Of a stretch of 64,000 nt of DNA, positions 24,951-39,062 are shown one piece after another. The stretch lies in assembly GCA_002633005.1 (NCBI GenBank), contig NMRA01000599.1:124001-188000 (forward strand). The letters run 5' to 3'. Each line of letters starts with the position of its first letter. The first letter of the stretch is position 1. The notes beneath the pieces were generated by a model. The model was given only the letters and a program-made list of their open reading frames with translations, did no database searches and was not told the origin of the DNA. The stretch is from Phoronis australis (Eukaryota > Animalia > Phoronida). The translations under genes were made by a program, and so were the position numbers.

Positions 24951-25544
24951 GAACGTGAGGTGTGAATGAGAGTTTTACATCTAACAGAAACAAAGACTTA
25001 CTCAGCAAACTTCTTGTAAGTAGAACTTTCTGACCTTGCAAGAACCTAGAATCTTCTGTGAGATGGTCTCCGGTGAACTATTTCTTCAGTACATCGAAGC
25101 AGGACTTACTAGCTTCCCTGCCAATTTCCATGTGACAGGTTATATGGCTGCTAGCTAGACTATAATAATTCTCTTAGCAAAAACACGATTCCATTTCCCC
25201 GAGAACTGTCATGAGTTTGTGCACCATTGTCACAAACAAGATGGCAGAGTAACAACACAACGGTGTGTTGTAAACAAGGTGCTATTTTTAGGCCCCTCAT
25301 CAAGAAAATTCCTCCTACGATTTTCGCAATTTAACGCAGAGAACACAAATATCATTTAAGCGGTTAACCCGAGTTACCATTTAAACGGTTAAACATTTCA
25401 AACATCACTATTTCACCCTCTGATCAACTAATGTAATCAGAATCAAAATTTCTGAACTTTCGATAGCTTCAACTCTTTAAGTCAAACTTATAGTTTTGCA
25501 GGAATACGGTTTATCTCATGATGCGTTCACTGGCAGAATCTTCG

Positions 25545-25836
25545 TCTCAATAATCTTTACCTCACTGGGGTCACGAAATGTTTGTTTTTTGGACTCGACA
25601 GTAAATTTTATAAAGTACGCCAGTCACTTCATAGGGCCCCTTTCCCTGCAGGGGCTGCTTGTTGCTTTCAGTTGGCAACAAAGTCAAATCTTGGTCTACA
25701 ATTTTCTCAGGCGACGATCTCGTGTCTTCTTGTCATAACGGGTCTTGTAGGCTTCACCAGTATTTCGCATGTTCTTCCGCATCAATTCGTACGTCTCTTC
25801 CAGACGATGGCGTAAGTTGAGGACATACTCATAGTA
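25545..25836 (-). mobile_element. Gypsy/Ty3 LTR-retrotransposon integrase C-terminal (GPY/F) remnant
   Basis: Minus-strand YYEYVLNLRHRLEETYELMRKNM...YKTRYDKKTRDR, then frameshifted LLPTESNK..Q.KGPYEV. Confidence 0.75.
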
Positions 25837-27005
25837 CAAAAAGGTAGACCCTTGGGAAAATTAGTAATATGGGGGGGGGGGGGGGGNACACACAGACTCG
25901 AGGTAAGGGTCTTCAAGTGCAAATTTGACGTAAAAACTCATATGGATGAACCATAATGTACCCGAGCACACAATAACAGACACTAATCTCGAGTTCTCAC
26001 AAAAGTAGAATAGAAAATACCAAAAATTATTTCGAGATCGATTTCGAATACAAAGATTGGACCCCTGGTCCTGAAACCCGGTCACCCGCTTTCCAGCAAA
26101 ATTTCACCAGAAAGGTGACTTCTTAAACCTGAACACGTTACACGCATGTATATTATTGCCTTCAATATTTTTATGAAATTTGCCTTTTAGGCTACCAAAA
26201 TAATATGCTTCTAAAATAACTGTTTATTGGGTATAAAAATGGCGTAATAAATTCATAAAAGTGTTTGTGAAATCCCGAAAAATACGATAATAAATAGCAT
26301 CACCGTGGAATTGAATAGAAGGAACAACGGATCACTTATAAGGATCCAGTTTGGAAAATGTTCACCTTAATAGCTAGGGTAGTCGCTTTGCATGCACTTT
26401 CATATGAAAAGTTGCGGTTACTGATCCCTGGTAAGCTAACTCAGTGGCTTTTTCAAAATCCATTTTCAAAACCCAGGTACGTCAGTGGAGTTTCTTGTGA
26501 CTACCACTTCGGGGGAGCAAATTTCACCATCTTTAATCAAAATTCACCAATTTCCTAGAGGGTTTTGTCAGGTTTGCAACAGTTATCCAATACACTTTGC
26601 TGTTAGGGGCGCGTCGGGTGAAAGAGATTTTTCAGGATTTCAACCGGCATCTAAGTTGTCTGAATCATTATCATTTTTTGCAACATTAGCTTTTAATTGA
26701 CAAAAAATCTTCTAAGAGGCGCCTCTTGAATGAACTAGAGGTTGTCGATTAGTTGCGAGACTTTCTAGAAATCGTAATTTACTCTAAGGAATTTTTAAGG
26801 GATTACTGAAGGCATGCGTGCAGATAATTGACGAGCAACCGGAAGAGCATGTGAGACTGAGCATCCCACGTGGGGATGGGGGCCCTCACTAAAAATTCAA
26901 GATTTATTCGTGTGATTGTGAAATCTGATTCATGCTTTTCTAATAGAAGTAACAATGAGAAACCTATTATATATATTTTCATTATTATATCAAAGCCATC
27001 AGGAA

Positions 27006-27802
27006 ACGATTAGATACCTGGAGTATGCAGATGACTTACGTCTTCTGTAGCACCGCTTCCAAGACTTGTGCACAAGGACAGCCGCACCGTCAGAGACTGC
27101 TAAACGAGTAGGTCTATCCATCAACACGGAGAAGACTAAGACGATGCGTATACATAGCAGACAAGTAAATAATATTATTCTGGACGGTGAAGAGATTGAA
27201 AATGTCTCAGAATTTACTTATCTGGGGAGTGTCGTTAGCACAAGTGGAGGAACTGAAGAAGACATTAAAACACGCATCAAGAAAGCTCGTCAGGCACACG
27301 CTATGCTAAAGCCTGTATGGCGCTCAAAGATCTACTCACTCAAGTCAAAGTTAAAAATCTTCAACTCTTCTTTACGGTTCAGAGACATGGAGACTTTCAA
27401 AAACATTGGTTAATAGAGTCCAGGTCTTTGTAAATAGATGTCTGCGACAAATCCCTCAGATGAAATGGTCGAATAGAATCACAAATGAAGAGATTTGGCG
27501 AAAAACTGGGCATGAGAGGGTAAAGACTCAGATAAAGCGGCGAAAATGGAGGTGAGTGGGACACACCCTCAGAAAAGCTGACAAAAGCATCACAAAACAA
27601 GCCCTGTCCTGAAACCCGCAGGGAAGTCGTTGACGAGGCAGACCAGTCCAATGACGTCGAGGAGGACAATGGAAGCCGAACTCCGTGAAACCGGATACAA
27701 CATGCAGCAAATAAGACACATGGCAAACAACAGGATTCGAGGGCGTTCAGTCACAGAAGCCCTATCCACCACGGGGTGGCAAGGGTTTTAAGTCAAGTAA
27801 GT
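27006..27802 (+). mobile_element. 5'-truncated RTE-clade LINE with 9-bp TSD CATCAGGAA
   Basis: LEYADDL...GLSINTEKTKTM...FTYLGS...EDIKTRIKKAR...YGSETW reverse-transcriptase C-terminus with stops; (T/C)AAGT microsatellite tail; CATCAGGAA at 26997-27005 and 27803-27811. Confidence 0.92.
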
Positions 27803-28091
27803 CATCAGGAATAGTGTCTTCGCGCAGTTCCCAAGTAGTCGAGTTCAAGATATTCAAACTTCAATCCAAAGGCGGCGGTCAATGCTATTGGTTTTTGATA
27901 CAATCTCACATTTTTGTTTGTTTGAGTCGCGTGTCTCGATTTAACATTAACATGTTCTGTGGTATTCTTGACCATTTTAAAGTAGATGGTTAAGTAGTTT
28001 GTGAATAGTTGACAGTCCTAAAATTTGTGGAAGGACAAAGGGCCACCGGGCCGCTCCTCCAAGATAGGACACCGCTATATCATAAAGGCTA

Positions 28092-28661
28092 CTCGCTGGT
28101 TCCCTGCATGTCACTATGTGGTAGCCAGCACGCAGGTATCACTTAATTTTCCTCGGGAATTTTTTTACACCGGCGTTTGTGATTGGCTGGTCAAATTCAC
28201 AACAGGCAGCACTTTACGCAAACAAACTGGCATGACTGATGGAGCAAGTGTAAATGTGGTCTGTTGTACAGACAAATCGGTGCTTAACTTATGTTCAAGA
28301 AATGCGAATCCCAGAATGATTGTGGTTCTGCCTTTTCGGAGTGCATATTTCTACTGTCGCTGACTTTTGTTTACTTTGCTGTCCTGTATTCATACAGTAT
28401 GAATGACACACAGGTTAAACCGGCCAGATATGTGTTTATAGTATATGTAGTATGTGCTTCAGGCTATTAAACATTACACTAGAAACAAAAAAGTTACTGC
28501 TACGCCACTTGCATGACAAGGCTAAAAATCGTTCATAGCCATTATCTCACTCTGTTGTGAAGCAAACCAATGACTGTCGAGGTTACATGGACCAATGACA
28601 AAAGCGCGTGCTACTGTGTGATACCTGCGTGCTGGTTAGCGGCACGCAGGGAACCAGCGAG
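28092..28661. mobile_element. 570-bp MITE with about 50-bp TIRs and 9-bp TSD TAAAGGCTA (MuDR/AcademH-like)
   Basis: ctcgctggttccctgc...ccagcacgcaggtatcac is inverted at 28617-28661; TAAAGGCTA at 28083-28091 and 28662-28670. Confidence 0.8.
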
Positions 28662-29979
28662 TAAAGGCTAATAGCCATCATCGGATGACCCTCTACGAGG
28701 TGACCTTTCTTATCGTAAATGCCTGACGTACGTTGGGGTTTCCCTCCGCGAGTAGAAAAGGGTGTAAACAACTGGGAAAGAGTGGCTACGGATCAACGGG
28801 CCCCTCCTAAGGCCGGGACCCCTAAACATGAACAGATATATAATTTCAAAAACAGAAAACGAGCAGCAACTGATGCTATTATCAGGGCCCCTCTCCATCA
28901 TGTTCTCAATTATTATGAAGTGAAAAACAATTTCAACAAAAACAGAAAAAAAAAGAAAGCACAGAGGGGTCCCCGAATAGATAACTAAATAAACTGTCAT
29001 CTTGAATGTAAAAACCAGAATCTATTTCCTCTGAAAATCTGTGTATAACATTATTTAATTTTCTGACTTTCATAATGTGAAGGCGGTTATACGTCACGGA
29101 ACACTATTAGTACTGGTGGAATCGACACAACACAGGTTTTTGATATAATTATTTAAAAATCGTTTTTCAGTGGCGTGATGTCAATTTTGACCCCTTGTTT
29201 TGCTCAAATGGTTAACAATATACCATATTCAATCAACGTTATATGCTACAGTATTTATGTGACGCTACGAATAATAGTCAGTGCTATTATTTGGCCAGTA
29301 ATTAGACTAGATCGCATGACGTGGGTATTTGATAACGTAATTACAATTGTGACGTTCACGAAGAGAGTGCAAGAAGTTGTACATCGGTGCTCCATGTGCT
29401 GGGAAACATAAGAATTGTCAATCAGATTGCAAAACAAAGAAGGTGTAATGCCCAGTACCTGGCTTCAAATTTACTGACGGGTTCATTAACTAATTCTATT
29501 TTGAAGATTGGGATTGCAGTTTGACCAAATTATCGCAAAGTGCTCTCCTTGAACCAAGGTTAAGGGGGAAGGGGGGGGGGGCACACAGGAAGTGCCTGGN
29601 GGCACACAGGAAGTGCCTGGTTACTAAAAATTTGAAATTCCTCTAAGTAATCTCCGTTTAATATATACACATTCATTCTGCAAGAAAGATTCTTTTGTTA
29701 TAGCCGTGCTCCTTTGTGAAATTCAATAGAGGTTCAAATGGGCAAGGACAACGATGAACCCAATATCCTATTTAATTTTTCAACTTCAAGTTCAGAAAAG
29801 CCTTTGGCTAGTAGCGGTTGGGACGTTTTAAACTGGCATGCAAAATAAAATTCTTCCTTCTACCTGAAAAATAAGCGGGTCCTTAGCCTGCGTCTCAGTC
29901 CAGGTGCTGCCCCCGTTAGGTCGACTCGGCTTGCATGTGATATCTGTTTCCCGAATACTCTATGTCTATAGTTTTTACG

Positions 29980-30278
29980 CTTTAAGTTTGATTGGTGGCA
30001 TGACGTTAACAGTATTGTTCAAGCGTTGTAACATGACGCCTGACGGCATAGTAACAGAAAAACGAAAAAAATTCACCAGTGAAGGGCGTGCACTGCAGTT
30101 ATTTACATGCAGGTTATGTGTCTACCTACCTGTAGGTGCAGTGTGCGAGGTCAGCTGGAAGTTTAGTTTTCACCAAAGCCGCTAATGTCGCTAGTGGCAG
30201 TCGTGCTGAAAACTCTAAATCATTAAAAGGCGCAACAGATGAGAAGCAGACGAGAAGAGAGCACAACTGCAGGTAAGC
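29980..30278 (+). promoter_or_regulatory. Candidate promoter and non-coding first exon ending at donor CAG|GTAAGC (30273)
   Basis: ATTGG (CCAAT box), TGACG half-sites and GGGCGTG cluster upstream of a strong donor; no transcript evidence. Confidence 0.3.
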
Positions 30279-33200
30279 CAGACTGCATTCTGTTATTAGT
30301 CACAATCCTTAATCACTCGTGCCAACGATAATGCGCTAATTGCATCATCGAATAAGTGTCACTATAAGCTTTTCTGCGACGGTGTATATGTCATAGCCTC
30401 TCATTGTGAAGGTCAAACATTCTGTATATTTGAAATAGTTCGACTGCTCTGGGATTTAGTTGTGAAACAAATTCATCATCGCTGACTCTTGTTTGCTTAA
30501 TTATCTGTTAATTAAACATTTTTGGTTATTCCGTGCATAGTTATTTACAGAAAAGTAACATATCTAGGTTATTCACACAATTTTTCATTAAATCGTCTAG
30601 TGAGGAAATGCATACTCATTCATGTACTGCATTTCTATGTTATTGTAGCCTGTGTACCTCAACTGAACCTAAAGATACAACGGGATGTAATTCTATGTGA
30701 CCTATTGAATTTCCTTGTTTTTCTCAGAAACCTGACGTAAATAACTTGAAAGAGACTTTAATTGAAGTTCACGCCACCTTTAGTCAACGCTTTCACAAAT
30801 TTCTCATTAAAGACATGCGCGGAATTAAAGTGACAAGTCGTTGTTCGATGACAGGGTCGTGCCAGTTACACTGATGAGGGGCTATAAAGAATGCATACGG
30901 ATGAGAAAATTAAGTTGCACCGAGAAGAGAGTTTTACATCTCAGATATCGTGTTTTCAGTGCATTACTTATTATCTAGTCCCCAACGTAACGTTTAGGCC
31001 ATTTTCCTAATGAGACTGCACTGGTAAGCTAAGCAGTACGGAATCCCAATAGAACACAACTAATTTAAGCAGGTATGCCAATCCGGACGGTCTGCGCCAA
31101 CCTTGCCGAAGGCACTTGATCCGTTTGCAACTCCTTTATGATCGTAGGGCAGGCGTAGCCATAAAAAAGATTGTTTAAACAGTTTCAGCAGAGCGTAGAA
31201 TTGTTTACGTTCGTTTGATTGTTCTTTGACGTAAGCGACATTTTTAACACCGTGAACATGACAATTAGCACGTTACCTTATTACTGTTAAATGGCGTGGG
31301 GCTCTACAGGAGGGAAGATTTTTTGCGATTTCTGAAACAATTAAGATCAATTGTTAACAGACTATCCCTCCTACAGGCTGAGTGGTCAGAAACTCGTGCT
31401 TTTTCTCATACAAAACCCGACAAAATTACATGGGATACTTGACATCACTAAACAATGTGGCATGGGACTACATCGAAATAGTGCAATACTTTTCTCAAGT
31501 TGTAAAATAATCTTCTGAAGCTGGAGATTAAACTGTTGTGCACTCGTGCTTACGATTTCCACTTTTAATGTAGCATGAGACGTATGTACTTCGAAAACTC
31601 CATAAAAGTCTAAAATGACTGGGAACGCGCGACTGTTCACCCGTCCACTGAACTGGATAACGTAAATACACGTTTCATCATCATATATATCTGATAGCTT
31701 ACTTTTGGAGTGCTCTTAAAGATATTGAGTAATTGACTGAATAAGGATCAAATATACCTAACCTAGTTCGGCTCGAGCATCGTTTGATCAGGGAAAAAAG
31801 AATGTTGGATGGTGTTGAAAAAAATTGTAAGCCTACCCAGTTAGCATAATTTCCGTAATCATAACGGAATAAAACTACCGGAAAAGCAAAGTCGTTCGAG
31901 GTCCTGAGGACATGATTCATACTGATTTGTTGAAATTAACGTTATTGTCTCGTGAATTTTCAATTGATTAAAACTGCATTTCCTCAGTATTTAGTTGTCA
32001 AAAGAACGAAAAATGAAGTAAAATCGGCCTCGCAATAGGTTTACAGTGGTAGGATTTAATTTCCGTTTCCAACAAGATCGTCAAAACCGTTTCATTGTTT
32101 ACAGGAGATGGCCAAAAATCATGATCATGGTGGCGCATGTAAGCATGGCAGCTCATCAGGGAACAATTCAGGATTGGATGGGCATGTTAATGCTTTTAAA
32201 CCCGGAATTTATTCGGTTTATAACTTAAATATTCGTATCTTAACAATGTCGAAATACCCCGAAATAACAGTGTTCCGTGCAAGAAGCGAACTGTTAATTT
32301 AGATCACTTGAAATTGGTTCAACTTAATTATTCTTTACTCAGATAAAAAGTGACTTCTGTGATAGCAAAAAGCATACAATTTGTTATTCGTTGAGACCAT
32401 TCTCGATGCAAAAAGTGACACGCCGTGACAATGTAAGTTGTAAAGCTTGATCTGAAATGGCTCTAATTTGACAGATCACCAAGTTGGGATCAATTTCATA
32501 ACGACAAGGGGTCTCAATCGAGTTTATTGTTTTGAATAACAATGGATAAAATGTGTGCTTGCTCTGTGAGCCGCGAGAATGGTCATAATTACTTTGAAAG
32601 CTTAATGTTTTCACTCCTCAACCGGAGGCAGTCTGACATTTTTTTGACGAAGAGGCAGCACACCCCTTGAGCAGAGCCGTAGGAAGCGGGGGCAGCGGTG
32701 GCACGGGCTCCAAAAAAATTTTCAGGCGTCAGGGTTAAACCGTGGCAACCGACATAAGCGTGGGGCAGGAGAAAATAGAGAAAAGAAAGAGAGAACATTT
32801 AACAACTTAGAGTGCATGGTTTATTTTTTGAGGACCCCGGTCAGGACATTGTTAGGGTCTCCGCTTTTGCGGCACAGGTCGTCTAAACGCACTTGAAAAT
32901 GTGACGTAATCATTCATACTCGTATATATGTTTCGAAGAATCGAGAAAATTTGTAAAGCGAAGCTCTTGCGGTGCGTGCTAATTTATTGGATTTTTAAAT
33001 TCAATAAGTCAGTTTAGCGAATGCAAAACTATATTTTTCCAGAGGCCCCTCTCTTGGAAGGGATAACGGAGACAACATTTGCTTTATTTTTTGTCGAAAC
33101 TAAACATCACTTGAGAAAAATTGATAACCTGACAGATAACATCAATTGCAGCGCATTTCCTGATTTTCGAAAAATATATAGATATTTTCATATTTAGGGG

Positions 33201-36200
33201 CCCCGCCCTTGAAGGAGGGCATTGATGATATTCAAGTTGCCACCCTTTTTGTTTCTTTTTTATTGACAAATTCTTAAGGGGCCGCACACGGTGAGAGGGC
33301 CTATTCTTGGAATTGATTACCTCCATTTTGCTGCTTTTTGTGAAATAGTGCAACCGACTTTCATGTTGAAGATCACTTCCTGTATCGTTTTGTGACAACA
33401 CGACAGTGGAATGAACTGTCACTGACCGATTTCTGCGAAAAAAACTCCCTATCTGTTCTGAAGTGACGAAGTGATCGCTTCCGCCGCACCGCGATTTTCG
33501 GGTATCACCGGTCTGAATTTATGTCTGTCATCATTTCGGCATTGCTAGGAAGGCTGTAGATCCTACAATGTGTATGAGTGTTTGTCTTGAGGTTGATCTC
33601 GAATAATTATACAAACATTCTGGCACGATGACGGATTCTCGATCGAAAATGGCGTATTCCTGGTCTTATACAAAGAATAGGCAGCCAGGATGGGATTGCT
33701 AAGAGAATGGATCGATGAATTGGGTCATCATGGAATACGTGACGCGGCTCCATTCTCAGAGTTCGGGGATATTCCTTCTCAGGTTATTACTTTGATGTGA
33801 TTGCGAAGTTGTTTTTGTGTGACTCAACGGCAAGTATCAATAGTGTTTTGCATACACATCGAAGTGATTTACAGACACATTTCAGGCGGCGAATGAAGTG
33901 TAGAGAATCACCTTTTCGTGTACTTATTCAATTAACATTGAAGTATGTTGGTCTGAGGTTCGAGTCACATACCTCCATCACGAACCAGAAAACGAGAGAA
34001 AATGAAAGTAATTAGTACAGTAAAGTGGTCTTTAGGACATCGAAAAATGCTCTCACAACAAAAATATCAAAGCAGGTACATATGCATGGCGTCCAACATA
34101 TTTCATGTTGAATAGCACTGGCATATTCGCATGGGAGGCTTAAAATGGGCTCCTGGACCCATGTTCAGTGATGAATGTTCCCAGGTTGCCACTCTTTTCT
34201 GCCCCCTAGGTCGCCAACCGCGTTTGACTCCCTCAGTCAAATATTTCTGGCGGCACGAGTGTTGTATCCATTAACATGAAGTTAATAAAAAACACGGTGC
34301 ACTGCTTGGGATAAAGAAAGAACTTGTGGACATTTTAAATCCTCGATTAGTGACTTCTGGAGTGCAACGTTGGAGAAAAAATCCACCTCAAAAAGGCTTA
34401 GAGCGAAGGTTTTTGTCTGCCGTAGGTTGAGAAAACAGGCAAATTTCCGTGCCGAATATATGGCAAAAAATTTTGGAGCACTTCCGGGTTTTTAAGGAGA
34501 GTGAAATACCTTCCCAACGCGATACGATTCTTTATAAGTCTGTCAATTAGGAACACAACAAAATATATCACAGCGATTGCAACATAATAAGATTCCGGCA
34601 CTTGATAGTCGATGCCAAAATGACTTCACCATCTGTTTTTAATTCACCGATTAAACGACCAGTTGGGGCCCAAAGTTGATGCATATGTTCGCGTACTCAT
34701 TCGAAGACTCGTTTACCGATCACGAATGTAAAAGTGCTCGTACAAATGGTAATACTATCTTTCAGCAGGAAATTCAATCGGGAAAGTCGCCTGTTCGTTG
34801 GGGTTCTTACCGCACTAACTCCAAAATTTCCAATTCATTAAGCCACACGTTTCGAATCAGTCTTTCTTCGTCAAGCAGTAGGTGTACCGTCAATAAACCT
34901 AGCCACGTAGCCACAATGCATGTGCTGAAATAGCCCTCCAGTGAATTGATAAATTGAAGAGCTATGATCCTCATTAAAAGCTCATTAAACACACGTTAAT
35001 TTGTTTAAATTTCACGGTCCACGACTTGAAAGTTATTCCACGAAAGTTTGCACTGTAACATTACATTGGTTTTGGCTTACTTAACATGAACCGCATCGAT
35101 AAATAGCCATATGATTGTAGACCTATGCCAGTACGACACCTGCCTCACACTCTGGTGAAGTCCGCGGTGCATTGGAATACACAAATGGTGATGTAATATT
35201 ACACATGGTTGGTTTTGTTTTGTGCTTAGTTAAAACAGTCTCAGAGCAGTCTCAAAAAGTCTAAACTGCATTTCTCACATGTCAATGGGTAGCAATATTC
35301 AGAAGTAATCATTTATGTACTGTGTAGCACTATGCTGTTTAGTGCGGTCGCTAGCTTTCATTTTGCCGGATTGGCTCGTTACCGGAAAAGACTTTTATAG
35401 GTGACGTTGAGACAGGCAATCCGATTGCTCCGGTAAGACCCTGTTTTCGGACCATGTGACTGCCTTTAAGAACATTAACCAATTTGCCGCAGTCAACGGA
35501 GATAGCTTTTTGACCACATGTTGGTGACCTGAGAATTTGGGTTCAGATCGGACACCGTTGTCTCATTCGACTTGTATAGTTCGCTCATCACAGTTTTGAT
35601 CCGAATGAATTAGTTGGTTGCCCGCGTACTGGCTAGGCAGAGCAGACACACTCGATTGGAGAATCGATACAGTGGGTCAATAGGTCAGGGATGCAAGAAA
35701 CTCTAAGCGAATCCGTTATGATCAATCCTCCCAGACTTTGCATATTTCAATTGAAATGGACATTCCTTCCGAGTTATTTCAGTTGTCTGCAGGAAACTTA
35801 TAAGAAATTACTGCACGATTGCGCATAATTTTAGTTGTTGTGGAAATACAGAGTCGCCCAAAACTAACCCATCAAAAATGTAAATAATTAACTCGACATT
35901 CCTTTAGCACTTACTTTTTCAAATTTGGTTGATTTGCATTTCAGTCTACAGATTAGCTTTCCACACGAGTCAGTTTTCTTCGATTTTTTTGTTTTTCCAA
36001 CATACTTGGACTTCAACATTTCAAACAAAAAAATTCGAGTCCTTTTTTGGAGTCACCCTGTAACGTTTTCTAGAACTGCAGCTAGGTCTCGAGTGACATT
36101 TCAAGAGACAATTCCTCAATGTAATAGCCTTTAACATATCTTCCTCTGCTAGAATGAACTGTTAATGTATGTATTTAGCCGGGTAAAATGTTTCGTTCCT

Positions 36201-39062
36201 AGAGACGAACAAATGGCGATACATTCTAAAATGATATCTTGTGTTTAGAGAGACAGTTAAAAAGCTGTAAATAGAGCCCTAAACGTGCTCGAAATACTCT
36301 GCGAAGATTAAAAAAGACGTATATTAGCGTAGACTTTGTCAATTACCTGCCACCGTAAACTAAACGCGTGTCCGTAGACTGGCTTCGATTCAAGCTTGTG
36401 CTTTCGCATCTTTATGAACGCAAAACCTGTCTATTAAAACATTGATAAATTTCTGGAGCTTTTTGGCTTGGCGTTGCACTGTTTGTCACCCCACACCTCT
36501 TGCGTATTGCTAGAGGTTTATAACAAACAGACATTCGCTGTACCTTTCATTGTGTGCGCATGTGCAGACTTCTTTCATGCTGGTTGACTACCATCAATGT
36601 TGAAAGTCACATGGTTTGCCATATCACTGAAGTCCGCACAAATGAATGCGCAGATGACGTTCACTTCCGTCCGAGGGTAAATTTTAGATTACAAAGATAG
36701 TCCATGAGTTCCGAATGCCCCCAAAGGTGAACGTACGTACCTTCGCAGCACAGTCATGTGACCAAAATGGCACTGCAAAGGTAAACACAATGGCACCAGG
36801 AATTTATGGTGGACACCCGTGAATGCGCGTGCCCGAGGTAATCGTCAGACGCAAACAGCAATCGTGTGGTCTTGAACCTTATGTTAACATTATCTGTGCA
36901 GAGGCTAGTCTTTCTCCTGTTCGATCTTCGCAGGATTTGCCGTGTGACTGAAGTCTACACATGAGCAGATTACCTCAACTTCCGAGTGAAAATTTCAGGC
37001 AACAAAAATACCAGAGATGTTCCGAATGGTCTCGAGTTTTGAGGCTGCAAGAGTAACCGAGATTTTCCGGTTGTCTGGGCCATATCTAAAGAAAAGGAAA
37101 ATGTGTTGGTTTGGGCCAGTTACATGAACTGGGGCAGGCCTACAAACTTGTTTTACTCAGGCGAAAAGTATTTCGCATCGCATAATTGTAAGTGGGGTCT
37201 GGGTTGATTTCGGAACCATTCTTTCGCTGTTACCATGGCAACGCAACAGCTCGTAGGGCAATTTACTGGAATTGAAAACATGCGAAAAGACACATTCTTT
37301 CAGTTTTGATTGAGATGTTTTTCATGAATGAAAAATAACCAGTCACGGCATTAATTTCCAGTTTGTTTAATTATTTCATTGTATTGTGAATTGATATATT
37401 TTTTAATTGACTTGACGTCGGCACTCCCCGCCGGTACTTCCCTGACGATAGTGCCGTTACAACTAAACATCAAGAATCGATAAAATAGACTTGATTTGTA
37501 TAACATCCCTGGAAAGCCTATTTATAAAAATTGCATGAGCTATTTCAACGCGCTTATCTGAGAGCTCTCTAAATTAATCTATATCTGGCGTAAAATAAAC
37601 ACACGTTTTCACCATCTCTAGTTTAGTGGTGATTTATTACAAAGGACAGCCAAATGACCAGCCGAATTATGAGGCATTAATGATATCACTTCGTCAAAAC
37701 AGGTACTCTAGATTTCTCTGAAAAGCACATTTCATGCGACTAATTATTCAACATTTGCGCATGCGGAAATGAGCATACTGAAAAACCAACAAAGCCTTGT
37801 AATCAATTCGCCGGTAATACATATTCATCTTTAAAACGGCCCCATTCACTCGGGAACAAAACATTCATCAGGTCGTTTTGTTCCCTTTCCTGTGTTGGCG
37901 TGGATGGATGAATTATTAAAATGAAATGATTTTCGTTTAACTAGTATTTTTTCGTATGACTTGCAAGACGAATAAGACAAATTCCCAGAAGAATGTTTAG
38001 AGTGAAATTGAAAATCAAATTTTTCCTCGCCATTACCCAACTTGATATGTGTCTGTGAATACTGTATAGCGCAGACAGTCACTGGAAAAAGGCACTGGCT
38101 TAGGCGTCGTGACACGAAGCTAAATGACAGAAAATGTACGAAGAAATCTCTATGATGCAAATAAGTAAGTATCGCCATTGGAATGAATTTGTTCTGTTAA
38201 GTATACATCAATATTTAGCACAAAGCAGTTTGTTACATTTAAAGATAACCTTCCCCTTATTTTTGCCAATTAAGGTTATCTCAAACCTTATTTAGTGGCC
38301 TACATTCTAACTCATATATAAAGAACATACTAGGCTTTGTCAACATAGTAAACGTATCATTTTCTGAAAGAAAAAATCAGGAAGTATAAAATATGTTATA
38401 TATTTATGTGCCATTTTTATTATTGCGTTAACTCCTTTTTCAAGTCAAAATTTCATTTTAAGGAAAGGTATACTCATAACAAAATAACCCATCGGTCGAT
38501 TTAAATGAAACCCTCTTAAACGAAAACTTCACCAGTTATCTCAATGATAGGAATTTTTGATCAGTCATTTTGTTTGGTTCCTATGACAAATCAACTCGCA
38601 AAACGTAAGTTGTTTTTGTAAAAAAAGAAGTCGCATTCGTTTTTGTTACATTACCTAAAAACTACGCGTTTACATTAAAAATCCGAACAGATTTTTTGAG
38701 CATGATGAATAAATATTAAGTTTGGAAACTGTCAGCGAAATCCACTGGGCCATTTTCGAGGACTCGAGTTCTTAAAGTCTATTCTCCGAAGCCGAGAAAA
38801 AAGCGATTTTGTTGAGTGACGTGAAAATCTCAAGGTCTGTTAATTATTCGGTGAAAACTTGCTTTCGGTCAATATAACCTATACATGCCTTAACCGTGTT
38901 CACTATTTCAACATTCACTCGCTTTGTCAACTGAATTTGCAGTGCGTAATTAACTTAATTGTCACAAAAAACGTTTAATTAGTCGAGTCGACTGCCAATG
39001 CATCGAGTCCAACTAGGCCATGAGCGGAGCAAACATATGAAGTGGGTCAAACTGGTGCATTG

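Noticed and set aside
29580-29620. 20-bp direct repeat ggcacacaggaagtgcctgg
   Set aside because: It flanks N29600 after a poly-G run; scaffold join artefact.
30860-30910. CTGATGAG as a hammerhead ribozyme core
   Set aside because: No stem II followed by GAAA and no flanking stems could be found.
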